From: Eledone cirrhosa
Lineage: Eukaryota
Direction of reading: 5' to 3'
DNA length: 64,000 nucleotides
Assembly: GCA_964016885.1 (NCBI GenBank)
Contig: OZ024751.1
Location: forward strand, 13,826,001-13,890,000
The position numbers were made by a program, and so were the translations under genes. Numbering within the stretch: position 1 is the first letter of the stretch; each line of letters opens with the position of its first letter. Below, in pieces: positions 43,205 to 56,845 of this stretch. The notes under the pieces were generated by a model. It was not told the DNA's origin. It did no database searches and saw only the letters and a list, made by a program, of their open reading frames with translations.

Positions 43205-44445
43205 TAATATAAGATCAAAAGATGGTTAAAGGAGTTCCATGTATTTTATTATGCGCATTTCAAAAACAAACATCATCATGCAATAATATTTGTGTTTTCA
43301 TCAGATAAAACAGGAGAACATGATATGAAGGCTAAAAAACACTTGTGGATAGTGCAGTTTTAAATCAACATATGAAAAGTGGTTTTAGATTGATGTGTGA
43401 TATTGGGAAAAATATTTTATTTAGAGAGGGGGGGAAGGATGAAAAAGGGAAGGAGATGAGAGGGAGAGATGGGTGATAGAGATAGTTTTTATAACTGAGA
43501 GAAGATATATTGTTTTACATAGAGAGGTTGAAAACCGTTGGAAGATAATGTATAAATTAAAAGAATTTGAAAATTAGCGAAGGGAAAGATATGTACGAGG
43601 AAAAAATATTTTATTTAGGGAGGGGGGTGGAAAGGATGAAAAAAGGGGGAGGGGATGAGAGTGAAGGTGGAGAGGGAGAGATGGGTGACAGAGAGAAAGA
43701 GATAGTTTTTATAACTGAGAAAAGATATATTGTTTTACATAGAGAGGTTGAGAACCGTTGGAAGATAATGTATAAATTAAAAGAATTTGAAAATTAGCGA
43801 AGGGAAAAATATTTGCGAGGAAAGAGAGGGAGTTTATGTATGAAGATAGAGAGAAAAAAATAATAATTGTGGATGAATATTCTAACGTGAAAAAGGTGTA
43901 TGTTGATAAGTATTGTGGCAATTTCAAAATTAACGAAGAGAAAAAAAAATTATTAAGGTTTGTGTGTAGAAGGATTTGAGAAAAATAATGTGAAGTTAAA
44001 GTTTGTATATTGAAGGAATTGATAATATGTGCGAAGAACGAGTTAATATGTATTAAGAATGAGTTCGTTGATGGGGAGAAAAAAATAATAAATTAAGGAT
44101 GAAATTGAGATTAAAAAGTTTTATGATAGAGAGAAAAAATAATAATAATTGCGGATGAATATTCTAACGTCAAACAAACAAATGTATATGTTATGAAGGA
44201 TTTTACAAGGTGAAGATAGAAAGAGGGTAATGAGTAAACAAGTATTATAGAGTGTATAATGCCCTTTAAAGTAAGGTAGGAAGATGGGTATATTTTAAAG
44301 AGGTGTATGTATATGTGCCTTTGAGAAAAGATTCTAAATTGATAAAGAATTGAATATTAACTGTATACTTTGTGAAAAGTCCTATGGAATTTATGCAGGC
44401 AGATAGAAAACAAATCTGTACGTCTATTTATTATAGAATCTAGAT
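43205..44445 (-). mobile_element. 3' end of a Penelope-like element: ORF tail, ~1.1 kb UTR and sense-strand hammerhead
   Basis: Minus frame ..[15 protein letters not shown]..stop resembles the LNKRxEL..C.H tail of PLE endonucleases; internal direct repeat in 43410-43825. Confidence 0.6.
43244..43310 (-). ncRNA. Type I hammerhead
   Basis: ttttat CTGATGA aaacacaaata...tgtttgttttt GAAA tgcgca TA ataaaa; palindromic stem III. Confidence 0.82.
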
Positions 44446-44448
44446 ATA

Positions 44449-44506
<58 letters not shown>

Positions 44507-44518
44507 TGTATATATATA

Positions 44519-44598
<80 letters not shown>

Positions 44599-44663
44599 CT
44601 GTATATATATACTGTATATATATATATATATATACTGTATATATATATATATATATATATATA

Positions 44664-44697
<34 letters not shown>

Positions 44698-44753
44698 TGT
44701 ATATATATATATATATATACATATATACACTGTATATATATATATATACACAC

Positions 44754-44796
<43 letters not shown>

Positions 44797-44803
44797 TATA
44801 CTG

Positions 44804-44836
<33 letters not shown>

Positions 44837-44838
44837 AT

Positions 44839-44881
<43 letters not shown>

Positions 44882-44898
44882 TACATATATATATATAT

Positions 44899-44931
<33 letters not shown>

Positions 44932-44949
44932 TATATACATATATATACA

Positions 44950-44987
<38 letters not shown>

Positions 44988-44996
44988 CATATATAC

Positions 44997-45048
<52 letters not shown>

Positions 45049-45194
45049 ATATATACTGTATATATATATATATGTATATATATGTATATATGTATATATA
45101 TATGTATATATATATATATATATACAGATATATATATATATATATATACTGTATATATATATATACTGTATATATATATGTATATATGAATATA

Positions 45195-45275
<81 letters not shown>

Positions 45276-45363
45276 GTATGTATATATATATATGTACATA
45301 TATATGTATATATATATGTATATATATATATGTATATATATATATATGTGTGTATATATATAC

Positions 45364-45438
<75 letters not shown>

Positions 45439-46526
45439 TAATATAGGTAAGTATATATTATCCGTATGTTTTGTGAAGGTACGTATACCTTCTCGTACGT
45501 ATATTTGATTGTTATGGCGTATAATTTTTTTATATATTCTGGTACATATGGTTCGGCTATGTGTATACGGGAGTTTTGCGTCTGTGTGAGTATGCAGGTT
45601 CGTACGTATGTAGGGCGTGTGTATATGTGTACTTCATGTTTTGGTTGACTTACGTCTCCAAACATTCGTGTATTTACATGTAGGTATGTGTGTGCGCTTG
45701 TTATATACGTATTTATTTATTTATATACGTTTATATAATTATTTATTTATTTGTATACACGCTTACACACATACACATATTTATATGGGCGTGGTTTTGT
45801 TTACCTATGGTAAGTTTTTGCGTATGCTTGTGTTTGTACGTTTCTGTTTGCGTGTATGTATTTATTTATTTCTATTACTTCTGTATTGTATTTATTTACT
45901 TTGTTCTTAAATCCTGTTTCGGAGATTCATTCGGTCTCCTAGTTAGAATTTAGTCTACGACTTCTGCTATACCATTTACGTGGTTTTGTCTTTGCGTGCT
46001 ATTGTTCTCCACGCTCGACATATGACGTATTATCTTCGTTTTTTTTCGTTCATCGCCAGAGAACGTCTCTATGCACCACCTAAGAGAACATTAGTCTACG
46101 ACCTCTATTATACCATAAACGTGTGGTTCTGTCTTTGCGCGTAATTGTTTTTCACCGCTCCTATTAATGACGTATTATATTCGTTTTTTCCCGTTCTTAG
46201 CCAGCGAACGTTTCCACGAACCAAAGTATCGTCTTCCTGTCTCCCTCCGGTTGCAACGTTTTTTGAAATATCCAGTTCTGCGTTTACAGATTGACTTTGT
46301 TAGTTTCAGAAGATCCCGTTAAGGGTGAAAGCAGCGATTCTTTGCTTAAACTTTAATCTGTTATTTTAATAAATATTTGCTCTACGGTTCATATATATTT
46401 GATATATATTTATCCTTATCGAGCCCTCTTTGGATTTTAGTCTTCAAATTTATTATTATTACTATATATATATATACATATATATATACATATATATATG
46501 TACATATATATATATGTATATATATG

Positions 46527-46598
<72 letters not shown>

Positions 46599-46608
46599 AT
46601 ATATATAT

Positions 46609-46696
<88 letters not shown>

Positions 46697-47244
46697 GAGT
46701 AAGGGACCGTGGCCGCACACACACATTCACGTATATATCTGCTCATGCTTGCATTCGTGCAGTTATGAACTGCTGCACGCACACGTTCGAGATTTATTTA
46801 TTTATTTATTTATTTATCTGTTGTTTGTTTGTTAGTTAATTCATTTATTTATTATTTAACAAGTGAATGATTAAATAATTGTTTCTACTTTAGGCACAAG
46901 GCCAGCAATTACCCAGTGAATTACTGGTACTTTATTTTATCCACCTCGTAAGGATGAAAGGCAAAGTAAACCTCGTGAATGATTAAATAATGAATAGATA
47001 AAAGATAAAAGATAATAAATAGTGAATGGTAAATAATAAATAATTATTATTTACTTGATGATAATATTAATAATTTAGTAGTGATAATAAATATTTTAAT
47101 CTTTTATCAGGCTCAGTTTATAATTTGTCCCACTACTTTTTCCCAATATATATAGATACATATATGTGTGTGAACGAGTGCGTGTATGTGTATATGTGTA
47201 TATGTGTATGTATTTGTATGTGTGTATGTGTATATAGGTGTATA

Positions 47245-47355
<111 letters not shown>

Positions 47356-47437
47356 TTGTGTGTGTGTATGTATGTGTATGTATGTGTGTGTATATGTATG
47401 TATATGTATATATAGAATAGTTTATACCGAGAGACAT

Positions 47438-47512
<75 letters not shown>

Positions 47513-47924
47513 CGGTATGTGCGCATTTCTTCTAAGTTTAATTTTACACCTAATTGTGTATGGTTGATGGTATATTTAGTCAGTTTCTACATGCTGTCGA
47601 AATGTTGGATAAATACTCGATTGGGGCCGCCGCGAAGAGGCTACGTTCGGTTATTTGTCGGAGATTTCTCCATAAGAGCATTTATTCTTATAGCTTGTTC
47701 TAATTGATTTTTTATATGGTTAATTACGTTAATTATAAGAAGAAATAGTATATATTTTATCTGATGATTCTAAAGACATGATTTATGATATATATATATA
47801 TATATATATATATAAGTTGAAATAAAATGAAAACGAAATTTCATTTCTCACTCTTAGTACGGCACTTACTTAAATGTATGTGTGTATACGTACATACATA
47901 TATGTATACAGACGTACAGTAGCA

Positions 47925-48023
<99 letters not shown>

Positions 48024-48177
48024 ATACAGGTACACATACATATATGCACGTATCACTTTAGCGGACGCTTATTATAACGCCGCTTTGTTCGTTTGTAAAC
48101 AAACTGAACAGCCTGAATTTTATGCCGTACGGTGTTAAGGCAACCACGTCACCTTTTTGTTCAACACTAACACAGGA

Positions 48178-48220
48178 ACGATGTACTAGTTTCAAGCTTG
48201 TTAGCTATCATCAGCACCGT
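48178..48220 (-). ncRNA. Type I minimal hammerhead
   Basis: ACGGTG CTGATGA tagc taacaa gctt GAAA ctag TA CATCGT. Confidence 0.85.
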
Positions 48221-48456
48221 ATACCCTTCTGCCAGATAGTTGAACGTTTGTAAGTATATACTTTCCTTATGAAAATTAACGGCTGAGCAGCCTAATTTGC
48301 ATATCGAGTGAGTATAGTCGGTCAGGCATACCGAAAACGATAAGTTGAAATAAAATGAAAACGAAATTTCATTTCCCACTCTTAGTACGGCACTTACTTA
48401 AATGTAAGTATGTGTGTATACGTACATAGATATATGTATACAGACGTACAGTAGCA

Positions 48457-48540
<84 letters not shown>

Positions 48541-48731
48541 CAGGTACACATACATATATGCACGTATCAGTTTAGCGGACGCTTATTATAACGCCGCTTT
48601 GTTCGTTTGTAAACAAACTGAACAGCCTGAATTTTATGCCGTACGGTGTTAAGGCAACCACGTCACCTTTTTTTTTTTTTTTTAAGGAAAGTATATACTT
48701 TCGAACGTTCAACTATCTGGCAGAAGGGTAT

Positions 48732-48774
48732 ACGGTGCTGATGATAGCTAACAAGCTTGAAACTAATACATCGT
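48732..48774 (+). ncRNA. Type I minimal hammerhead (mirror copy, stem III ctaa)
   Basis: Same motif with one substitution. Confidence 0.72.
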
Positions 48775-48925
48775 TCCTGTGTTAGTGTTGAACAAAAAGG
48801 TGACGTGGTTGCCTTAACACCGTACGGCATAAAATTCAGGCTGTTCAGTTTGTTTACAAACGAACAAAGCGGCGTTATAATAAGCGTCCGCTAAAGTGAT
48901 ACGTGCATATATCTATGTGTACCTG

Positions 48926-48977
<52 letters not shown>

Positions 48978-49025
48978 TGCTTCTGTACGTCTGTATACAT
49001 ATACGTATGTACGTATACACACATA

Positions 49026-49068
<43 letters not shown>

Positions 49069-49665
49069 ATGTATATATGTGTGTGTATGTGTATGCGTGT
49101 GTGTGTATATGTGTGTGTATGTGCTCTTTTGTGTGTGTGTATATATATATATATATACATGTATAGATATACATATATATGTGTGTGTAAGTGTTTATGT
49201 ATGTGGTTGTGAGAATGTAAATATATTTTATTCTTTTCATTCTACAAAAACACTCTGGCTACCTGTAGCTTGTATGTTAACTTGACCACTCACCATAGAA
49301 CAATGGTCTGTACCATGATTCGGTCTTGTTTATCTTCTAATACCAACCCACCTAAAAAAAATTCCCTACTATATATCTGTTGAATTACTATTCTTGGGGG
49401 GGGGGGGTTCTTTTAATTTATCTATTTTTTATTTATTTATTTATTTATTTTTTTACTTGTTCTTTTTCTTTTCCTTTTTATTTTTATTTTACAAAAGCAC
49501 TCCGGCTAATTGACCACTCCCCAAAGAAAAAACGGTCTGTGCCATGTTATGGTCCTGTGTATCTAAATACCAACCTACCCCCAAAATCCCCCCCCTCCCC
49601 CCCAGCCAACACCCATCCCTTACCACTACCTAAATGTATAAATACCAGAACTTAATATGACACCC

Positions 49666-49716
49666 AGCTTCCTGAAGATTTCATCTGAATGAAACAGTTC
49701 TAGTCCTGTAGAAGCT
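49666..49716 (+). ncRNA. Type I hammerhead with a true stem III
   Basis: AGCTTC CTGAAGA tttc atct gaat GAAA cag ttctagtc ctg TA GAAGCT; GUA cleavage triplet. Confidence 0.88.
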
Positions 49717-50030
49717 CCTTCTATACAATATATATATATACTATAAAGTAAAGCATGTCCATAGAATCATTTGACAATATATATACATCATTTCTTCTCT
49801 CAATTAGCATAATTAACCACACAAAAAAATCAATTAGACCAGGCTATAAGATTAAAAGACACCTATGAAGAAACAGTAAATAAATAAACGATAGCCGCGA
49901 CCGACCGCTATAGAATATTTACCCAACATTTCAACAGCATGTGGAATTAATTAAATATACGTTCAACCATACACAATTAGGAATAAATTTAAAGTTAGAA
50001 ATGCTTATATACATACCAGGATTAAATCCC

Positions 50031-50083
<53 letters not shown>

Positions 50084-50189
50084 ATACATTTGGATGGATG
50101 TCATCCCACTGTGGATCAATATGTGCATATGTTTTTATACGTCTCTTGTGTTGAAAAGGAGGTCAAGTATGTTATAGATCACTAAATAG

Positions 50190-50238
50190 TTGCTCCGAAG
50201 AACCCAAACCTCGGTTTGGAGGAAACAATTGTAAACAA
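50190..50238 (+). ncRNA. Degenerate hammerhead (CCGAAGA core)
   Basis: ttgct CCGAAGA acccaaacc tc ggtttggag GAAA caattg TA aacaa. Confidence 0.5.
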
Positions 50239-50280
50239 ATAAATGATTTAAACTGAACTTTGATTATTGTAATCTCTCTC

Positions 50281-50324
<44 letters not shown>

Positions 50325-51167
50325 GAAGATGGGCAATGTTTAGTGTTCCGAACTTGCATGCTACACCGGTCATCCAATTTTCATGAAACCTCACACATAT
50401 ATAAAACTAAACGCGTAGAGTGGAATAGGCTACTTGAAATTTTTGAAAAATCGATAATCGGGCCATATGACAGAATGTTTTTCGATTCCAATGAAATTTT
50501 ATGTGAATTCGAACACAAGAACTCTTAGTTTACATCTGGCGCAATAAAAATAAATTTCATATGCCCATATAAGGGCGTGCGTTATTGATTGGACGGCTAG
50601 CTGCATGTCTTCCCAGCTGTCTCAGTAAACGACCGACCATTAAAGAGTTTATCTTTTCATATTCAAATCTACTTCAGAGATCACGCATTGATGTAAAAAA
50701 TCCATAAAACTGAAGCGGGGTTCGACTTTGCGCAAAAAAACAAGGCAAAGTTACTTACACATGGGAAAACTTTTTACAGGAACGTCCGATATTCTTGAAA
50801 ACTATCACAAAAGACTCGCCATTAGACCGCGGTTAAGATAAAGGCCCTTTTAATTCTTCTTCTGCATATGTGAGCGCAAAAATTGTAAAAAAAAAAAAAC
50901 CTGAAAAAAATCGACATTTTCACCCTGCTTTAAATTAACTGAACATTCAATATCAAGCGATTTTGACTTCCGTCAGTCGTGCAGAGAACAATTTCAACGA
51001 TACACTGTGTAACTACAATTAATAAATTACACACCTGCGTCTACTAACCTATTTTCTTTCATTGAAGTTCGAAGTTTTGAAGCTGTGATGCGCGGCAAGT
51101 AACTTTCACACATTCTAACAGACCAAAGGTCGACTTACACCCGGGAAACGCCGGGTACTTCTGCTAG
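50281..51167 (+). mobile_element. Non-autonomous Helitron
   Basis: 3' hairpin ACCCGG-gaaacg-CCGGGT followed closely by CTAG then T; TC..tatata-type start (5' boundary approximate). Confidence 0.7.
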
Positions 51168-51258
51168 TATTTATATATATAAGATATATATATATAACAG
51201 AGTGTTATAGTTTGCTTGAAGCATTGTTGAATAGGAAACACAAATTTTAAATAATTTT

Positions 51259-51493
51259 GAAAACCATACAATGCACTAGAAAATTAAAATTGCTAAAATA
51301 ACACTAGAATCTTACCTTAGCAAATTTAATAATCCCAATTATTTTCTGGTTTAAAAACCCATTATCAAGGGAATTTCCCTGTGAGAGACTTTGGGGATCG
51401 ATCCAGAAAATAATGGGGATTATTAAAATTTCTAAGGTAAGATTCTAGAGTTATTTTAGCAATTGTAATTGTCTAGTGCATTGTATGGTTTTC
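51259..51493. repeat. Diverged fold-back element
   Basis: gaaaaccatacaatgcactaga...ttaataatccc mirrored by gggattattaa...tctagtgcattgtatggttttc. Confidence 0.85.
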
Positions 51494-51528
51494 ACAATTA
51501 TATATATTTCCTATATCTGTTCCACATG

Positions 51529-51580
51529 ACCAGTACGAGCTGAAGATCCGCTAAGGTGAAACAATTGTTCTCAGTATGGT
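51529..51580 (+). ncRNA. Type I minimal hammerhead
   Basis: acca gtac GAG CTGAAGA tcc gctaa ggt GAAA caattg TT CTC agta tggt. Confidence 0.7.
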
Positions 51581-51641
51581 GAACTAACTGTTGTGTTATT
51601 ACTTCTATATATATATATATAACAAATTAAATATCCCTTTG

Positions 51642-51708
<67 letters not shown>

Positions 51709-52046
51709 GACATAATTATGGTAAGCGTGTACGCATTTCTTCTAACTTTAAATGTATACCTAATTGTGTATGGTTGACGGTATATTTAGTAGATTTCTAC
51801 ATGCTGTTGAAATGTTGGGTAAATATTCTGTTGCGGTCGGCCGCGAAGAGGCTGCTGTCGTTTATTTATCAAATATTTCTTCATGGGAGCCTTTATTCTT
51901 ATAGCCTGGTCTAATTGATTTTTTATGTGGTTAATTATGCTAATTGGGAGAGGAAATGGTGTATATATTTTATCAAATGATTGTATGGACATACTTTTGA
52001 TATATATATATACGGGTGTGTATGATTGTGTATAGAAGATTATATT

Positions 52047-52237
52047 AATTGTTTCTACGTTAGGCACAAGGCCAGCAAATTACCCAGTGTATTACTGGTA
52101 CTTTATTTTATCGGCCCCGTAAGGATGAAAGGCAAAGTTAACCTCGGCGGGATTTGAACTCAGAATGGCAAGGGCCGTAACTCTATGCGTCAAAGCATGG
52201 CGTCCGCCCCTCTACCAATACTGCCAATCCACTGCCC
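52047..52237 (-). mobile_element. Full-length family A SINE
   Basis: Complete head, core and tail on the minus strand. Confidence 0.88.
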
Positions 52238-52239
52238 TA

Positions 52240-52600
52240 ATATTAATAAAAGGAATTCCAACTTTGTCTGATTAACTCGTTTTATTTACAACCGTTTAAA
52301 ATTATAATGATATAATGAAATAGTATGGTAGAATATTAAGTGTTAATTGAACAAGTACTTTCATGCTTTCGCAATCTTCAGGTTCATATTCAGTTAAAAT
52401 GAACCTGAAGATTGCGAAAGCATGAATGTACTTGTTCAAATAACATTTAATATTCTACCATACTATTTCATTAACTTTGATTACTTTGATAGGTTTCAGC
52501 TAGTATTGGCCCAGGCCATGTCTAACTTAATAGTACCACCTGGCATTATATGTAAATAAAACGAGTTAATCAGACAAAGTTGGAATTCCTTTTATTAATA
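52240..52600. repeat. Second copy of the palindromic twin-hammerhead element (motifs at 52348-52386 minus and 52400-52438 plus)
   Basis: Same arms as 30610-31010 with a shorter centre; the plus copy has GAAT in place of GAAA. Confidence 0.85.
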
Positions 52601-52841
52601 TATATATATATAGTATAAAAAAAACGAAAAATCAGTGATGCATCTGGACTCAGTTTATTGCGTGTTACAATTGTTTCGCCGGCAGGTAGCTCGAGACATG
52701 ATCCCTGTATGGATCTGGCTGATTCTACGGCTGCAGGTTCCTTCGGACACGGGCAGCTCGTTCGGAGCAAATTTTCTCACTCATTGAGTGCTAATTCTGG
52801 CATACCACCTATGGAAGCACCATAGCTACCATTATACACAC

Positions 52842-52923
<82 letters not shown>

Positions 52924-52924
52924 C

Positions 52925-53630
52925 GGCTTATGTGCTTGTTGTTATTGTGCTTGTGTATGTATTTATTTATTTATTTATTTATTTTATTTTATTTACTTAT
53001 TTCTACTTCTCTTAGATCAGTGTTGTTTGTTTGGGTGTTGTTATTCCATTCATTCTTTCTGTTTAGCCTTGGTCTTCTAATTTCTATTTCACTGGCCTCT
53101 CTGATTTGCCTATCTGCTGGGTCATTTCTATGTTTAGATATTATTCTAATTTCTATGTTGTCTATGTTACCGTCATGTTGTTGTCTAGCATGTTCGTATA
53201 GTACTGACCCGTTTTTTCGTCCTTTTAGTTCCCCCCAGTGTTGGTCTATCCTTTCACCTATGCTACGAGCTGTCTCACCTATGTATGTTGTTGTCATGTT
53301 TTTGCAAGTACCCTCTGTACATCTTATGCTATAGACTACGTTTCTAGTTTGACAGTTTATCCGGGGGTTCACCTTACATATGATACATTTCCTATTGGTA
53401 CAGTGGGTTTTCTTAAAAGGGTAGGTTTTGCTGATCAGGGATTTTATGGTGGTTCCTCGCTTTTCTACCACCTTTATTTTTAAGTGGGTCTTTCACAGGG
53501 CCTTTCTACACTGGTTAGGGTGGCGTCCACAAACATGATACTCTGGTATCTCTGGTTGTCGTACCATGAGGTGGCTTTCCCTATCTTATGTCTAGCCCTA
53601 TCTAAGCTATTCCATGATTTGCTCCTGTAT
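52925..53630 (-). mobile_element. Penelope-like element family 2 fragment (third copy)
   Basis: GIY-YIG ORF 52989-53471 nearly identical to the 31.8 kb copy. Confidence 0.9.
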
Positions 53631-53634
53631 AAAA

Positions 53635-55160
53635 CTAAAGCCGGACAAGTCTGTCGGTTTGCAACTCGGTACGTGGAGAGGCAAACCGATGACGTCCGAC
53701 AGCGTCGTTGGACGCTGGACGGACGGACCGGTGAAATTGCTCGGGGTCTGGTTCGGTCCAGACCTCTAGGTGGAGAAAAACTGGAACCTGGTCACGGCCA
53801 AGGTGTTTGCACTCACCCAGAAGTGGGCACAGTGCAAGCTGTCCTTGAAAGGTCAAGCGGAGGTGGCGAACATTGTCATAGCGTCCGTCATCTACTCCCG
53901 TCATCTACTACTTGACTGTCGTGCCTTGTCCCCGTGAACACCTCGCCAAAATGGAACGCATGCTCTTCCAGTTTCTGTGGAAGAAGCAGGCTCCTCTGGT
54001 GAGGAGATCCGTCTGCTGTCAGCACCCTTCCAACGGAGGGCAGGGAATGCCGTGGCTGATGATGCGCAAACATGCGCTGAGGCTGCGGCATCTCCAGGTA
54101 TTCCTCACCGACCCCCAACCGGTGTGGGCACCGTTTGTGAGACAGGCTTTCCCACTGCTCGTCTCGCTGACGGAGCTGCAGTCCTGGGTCAAGAAAAGAC
54201 CGAAAACGATGGGCGCCTGGCACATTGAATGCGCTCAAGCGCTCACACTCCTCTGGCAAGCGGGCGCAGCAATCAGTGGAGTCTCCACTTCGACATTCTA
54301 TAGAGGGATTGTACGTTACAAGGGCGAGGACGTGCTCGGAGAGACTCTGGGCGTCGAAGACGATGAGCTCACCAGTCTATTTGGTAGGACTTCCCGCCCG
54401 GGACCTATGGACAACTTCCAGCGGTCCCTGGCCTGGCAGGGCTACCGAGGAGCTCTACCGGTTCGTGACAAGATCTACAGGCACGGACGCCTCGGTAGGG
54501 ATACTTCCAAGAGGACGTGTCCAAGATGCGCGCAGGACATTGAAACAGTCCTGCACGCAATTGTACACTGCCCGGGCGTAACTGACCTGTGGAACTATGC
54601 AGAACAACTGCTGTCGCGTATGGGACAAATCCAGTTGACTGCCGAGTCCATAGTAAGGATCAAACCGCCAGCCTCTTTCAAAAACGAAAGAGAGGCGGTT
54701 TTCCTCTGGTGAAAGAAGTTATATGGTGGACGAGGTTGAGAGGACTAAGGACAGATGCCTTTCTCTCCGGACAACAATTGATTCCCTTCTTTAAGTATCA
54801 CTTTAGAAGGAGAATCAGGGTGGAGAGAGAGGCACTGCACCCCAGTAAATTTACTGAAAGGTGGGTGAATGAAGCGAAAATCGCCCGAGTGATTGGGCCT
54901 TCTCTGTTTATAAGCCTGTAGGTTGAGGAAGAGAGCAAAAGGAAGAAGGGAGCACTTGCACAACACGCTCCTGGAGTTGAGGGTTGTTCTATCGACGGAG
55001 TATTAAACAACCCATTTGTGGCGCCTCCCCCCTATTGGGGATTTCGATTGTTGTAATTGTTTGTTTTTATATTTTTTACACGACTGTATGTAAAATCCCC
55101 GGCATGTCTTTGTATTGTCCCCTTTTCTTGTGCGCCCTTGTGGCTAATAAAGAAATATAT
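53635..55160 (+). mobile_element. 5'-truncated Tx1/L1-clade LINE (subfamily B)
   Basis: DKSVGLQLGTWRG..PCPREHLAKMER..CPRC; 3' UTR matches 26885-27115. Confidence 0.9.
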
Positions 55161-55170
55161 CTATCTATCT

Positions 55171-56120
55171 GCCTGGCAGGCGGACCCGACTGTCAGTGGA
55201 GAATCCACCTCGTCATTCTATAGAGGGCTGGTGGTTAGCAGGTGCGACGACGCACTCGGAGAAGCCCTAGGCATGGAGGAAGACGAACTGGCCAACCTGT
55301 TCGGTAGGACATTCAGCCCGGGACCCATGGATAACTTCCAGAGGTCCCTGGCCTGGCAGTGCTACAGAAGGGCTCTGCCCGTTCGAGAAAGGCTCTACAG
55401 ACACGGGCGCCCGGGTAGGGACCCCTCGAAAAAGATCTGTCCCAGATGCGTGTGCGACGAGGAAACCGTTGCACACGCATTGGTACACTGCTCGGGCATT
55501 GCTGATCTGTGGGGCTATGTCGAACAACTGCTGTCAAGGGTGGGACCGATCCGGTTGACCACCGAGTCTATTGTAATGATCAAGCCGCCTCCCCTCTTCA
55601 AAAACGAAGGAGAGGCGGTGTTTCTGTGCGTAATAGCCATGGCGAAAGAGGTTGTATGGTGGACGCGTCTGAAAGGACTGAGGTCAGACACCTTTCTCTC
55701 TGGCCAACAACTGGTCCGTTTCTTCCGATATCATTTCGGAAGAAGGATCAGGATGGAGAGAGAGGTGCTGCACCCCAGCCGTTTTTATGAAAGATGGGTG
55801 AAAGTGGCGAGAATGGCCCGTGTGAATGGGCCTTCACTCTACATCAGACTATAGGTGAGGAAGATGAAAGACCAAGGGAGCACCCCTTCTCTGTGCTCCT
55901 GAGGAAAAGGGTTGCACACTTTTTTCGGGGGTGTGTGCGACCCCCCAAGGCGCCTCTTCTCTATTGAGGATTTTGTTATATATTTTATTCTGTTATATTT
56001 TATTTTATTTTTATATTTTGTTATTGCCTCCTCCTTATTGAGGACGCCTTGTTTTGTAAACTCCCCCCATTGTACTTGTCCCACTTTTGATGCCCTGGTG
56101 GCAAATAAAAGAAACATATC
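55171..56120 (+). mobile_element. 5'-truncated Tx1/L1-clade LINE (subfamily A)
   Basis: Close match to 59600-60550 including the 3' UTR. Confidence 0.92.
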
Positions 56121-56209
56121 TATCTCCCTATCCATCTATTTATCTATATATCTATATATCTGTCTATCTTCCTTTCTATCTATTTATTTAAATATCTCTC
56201 TATCTCTAT

Positions 56210-56821
56210 CCCGTACCGCAAACACAACCCGAAAATATACCCCTCCCCTCCAACGCGGAAGATGACCCTAGTTCGTCGTCAGACGAGGAGGAGCACTTCC
56301 ACACAATCAAAAGAAAAAAAAGAAAACACACCTCAGACACACAAATGAAAACAACCCTTCCCCAAAACATAACACTGACACCAACACAAAAGAGCTCACA
56401 ACAACAGCAAACAAAAAACACCACACAAAAACAAAAACATGCATACACATACATAAATACAAGAAACAAAAAACTGTTAAACATTGTGTACAACAACAAT
56501 CTAATAAAAACACAAGGGCCTAACTTCACCCAGGCAGGGGATTTCCCCCACCTCAAAATGATTAAGGCCCCACAGGACACCTATAAAACTTTAAAAAACA
56601 ATTTTAAAGAGGACGTGGGTCCCCCCTGCGTCGGGCCCATTAACCGCGTCCTCCTAAAAAACTATTCCACCCCCTCCCCAAACACCCACACAACTCCAAG
56701 CTCCCCAACCACACAACACACTGATGCCCCCACACTTCCACAAACCACCACCCCACCCAACAACCCATCCCCCACCCTAATGGAAATTGTGCAGCCCGAT
56801 ACCCGGGACGCAGAGAGGTAA
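56210..56821 (+). CDS. C-terminal part of LINE ORF1 (5'-truncated, low complexity)
   Basis: Frame is open from 56210 (PVPQTQPE..SSSSDEEE..KRKKRK) to TAA at 56821, 24 bp before the ORF2 ATG. Confidence 0.5.
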   Translation, partial: PVPQTQPENIPLPSNAEDDPSSSSDEEEHFHTIKRKKRKHTSDTQMKTTLPQNITLTPTQKSSQQQQTKNTTQKQKHAYTYINTRNKKLLNIVYNNNLIKTQGPNFTQAGDFPHLKMIKAPQDTYKTLKNNFKEDVGPPCVGPINRVLLKNYSTPSPNTHTTPSSPTTQHTDAPTLPQTTTPPNNPSPTLMEIVQPDTRDAER

Positions 56822-56845
56822 GTGCCTTTTCTCTTCACCACCAAC

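Larger units (their letters stand above)
47813..49030. repeat. Composite direct and inverted repeat element with mirrored hammerheads
   Basis: Segments A (47813) B (48020) C (48160) D, then A (48341) B (48535) poly-T, then reversed C, B and A. Confidence 0.85.

Noticed and set aside
45900-46300. Possible further PLE endonuclease remnant with an internal duplication
   Set aside because: Translation gave no convincing GIY-YIG motifs.
56815-56823. Perfect splice donor GAG/GTAAGT at the ORF1 stop
   Set aside because: Single motif with no evidence of use; may be chance.
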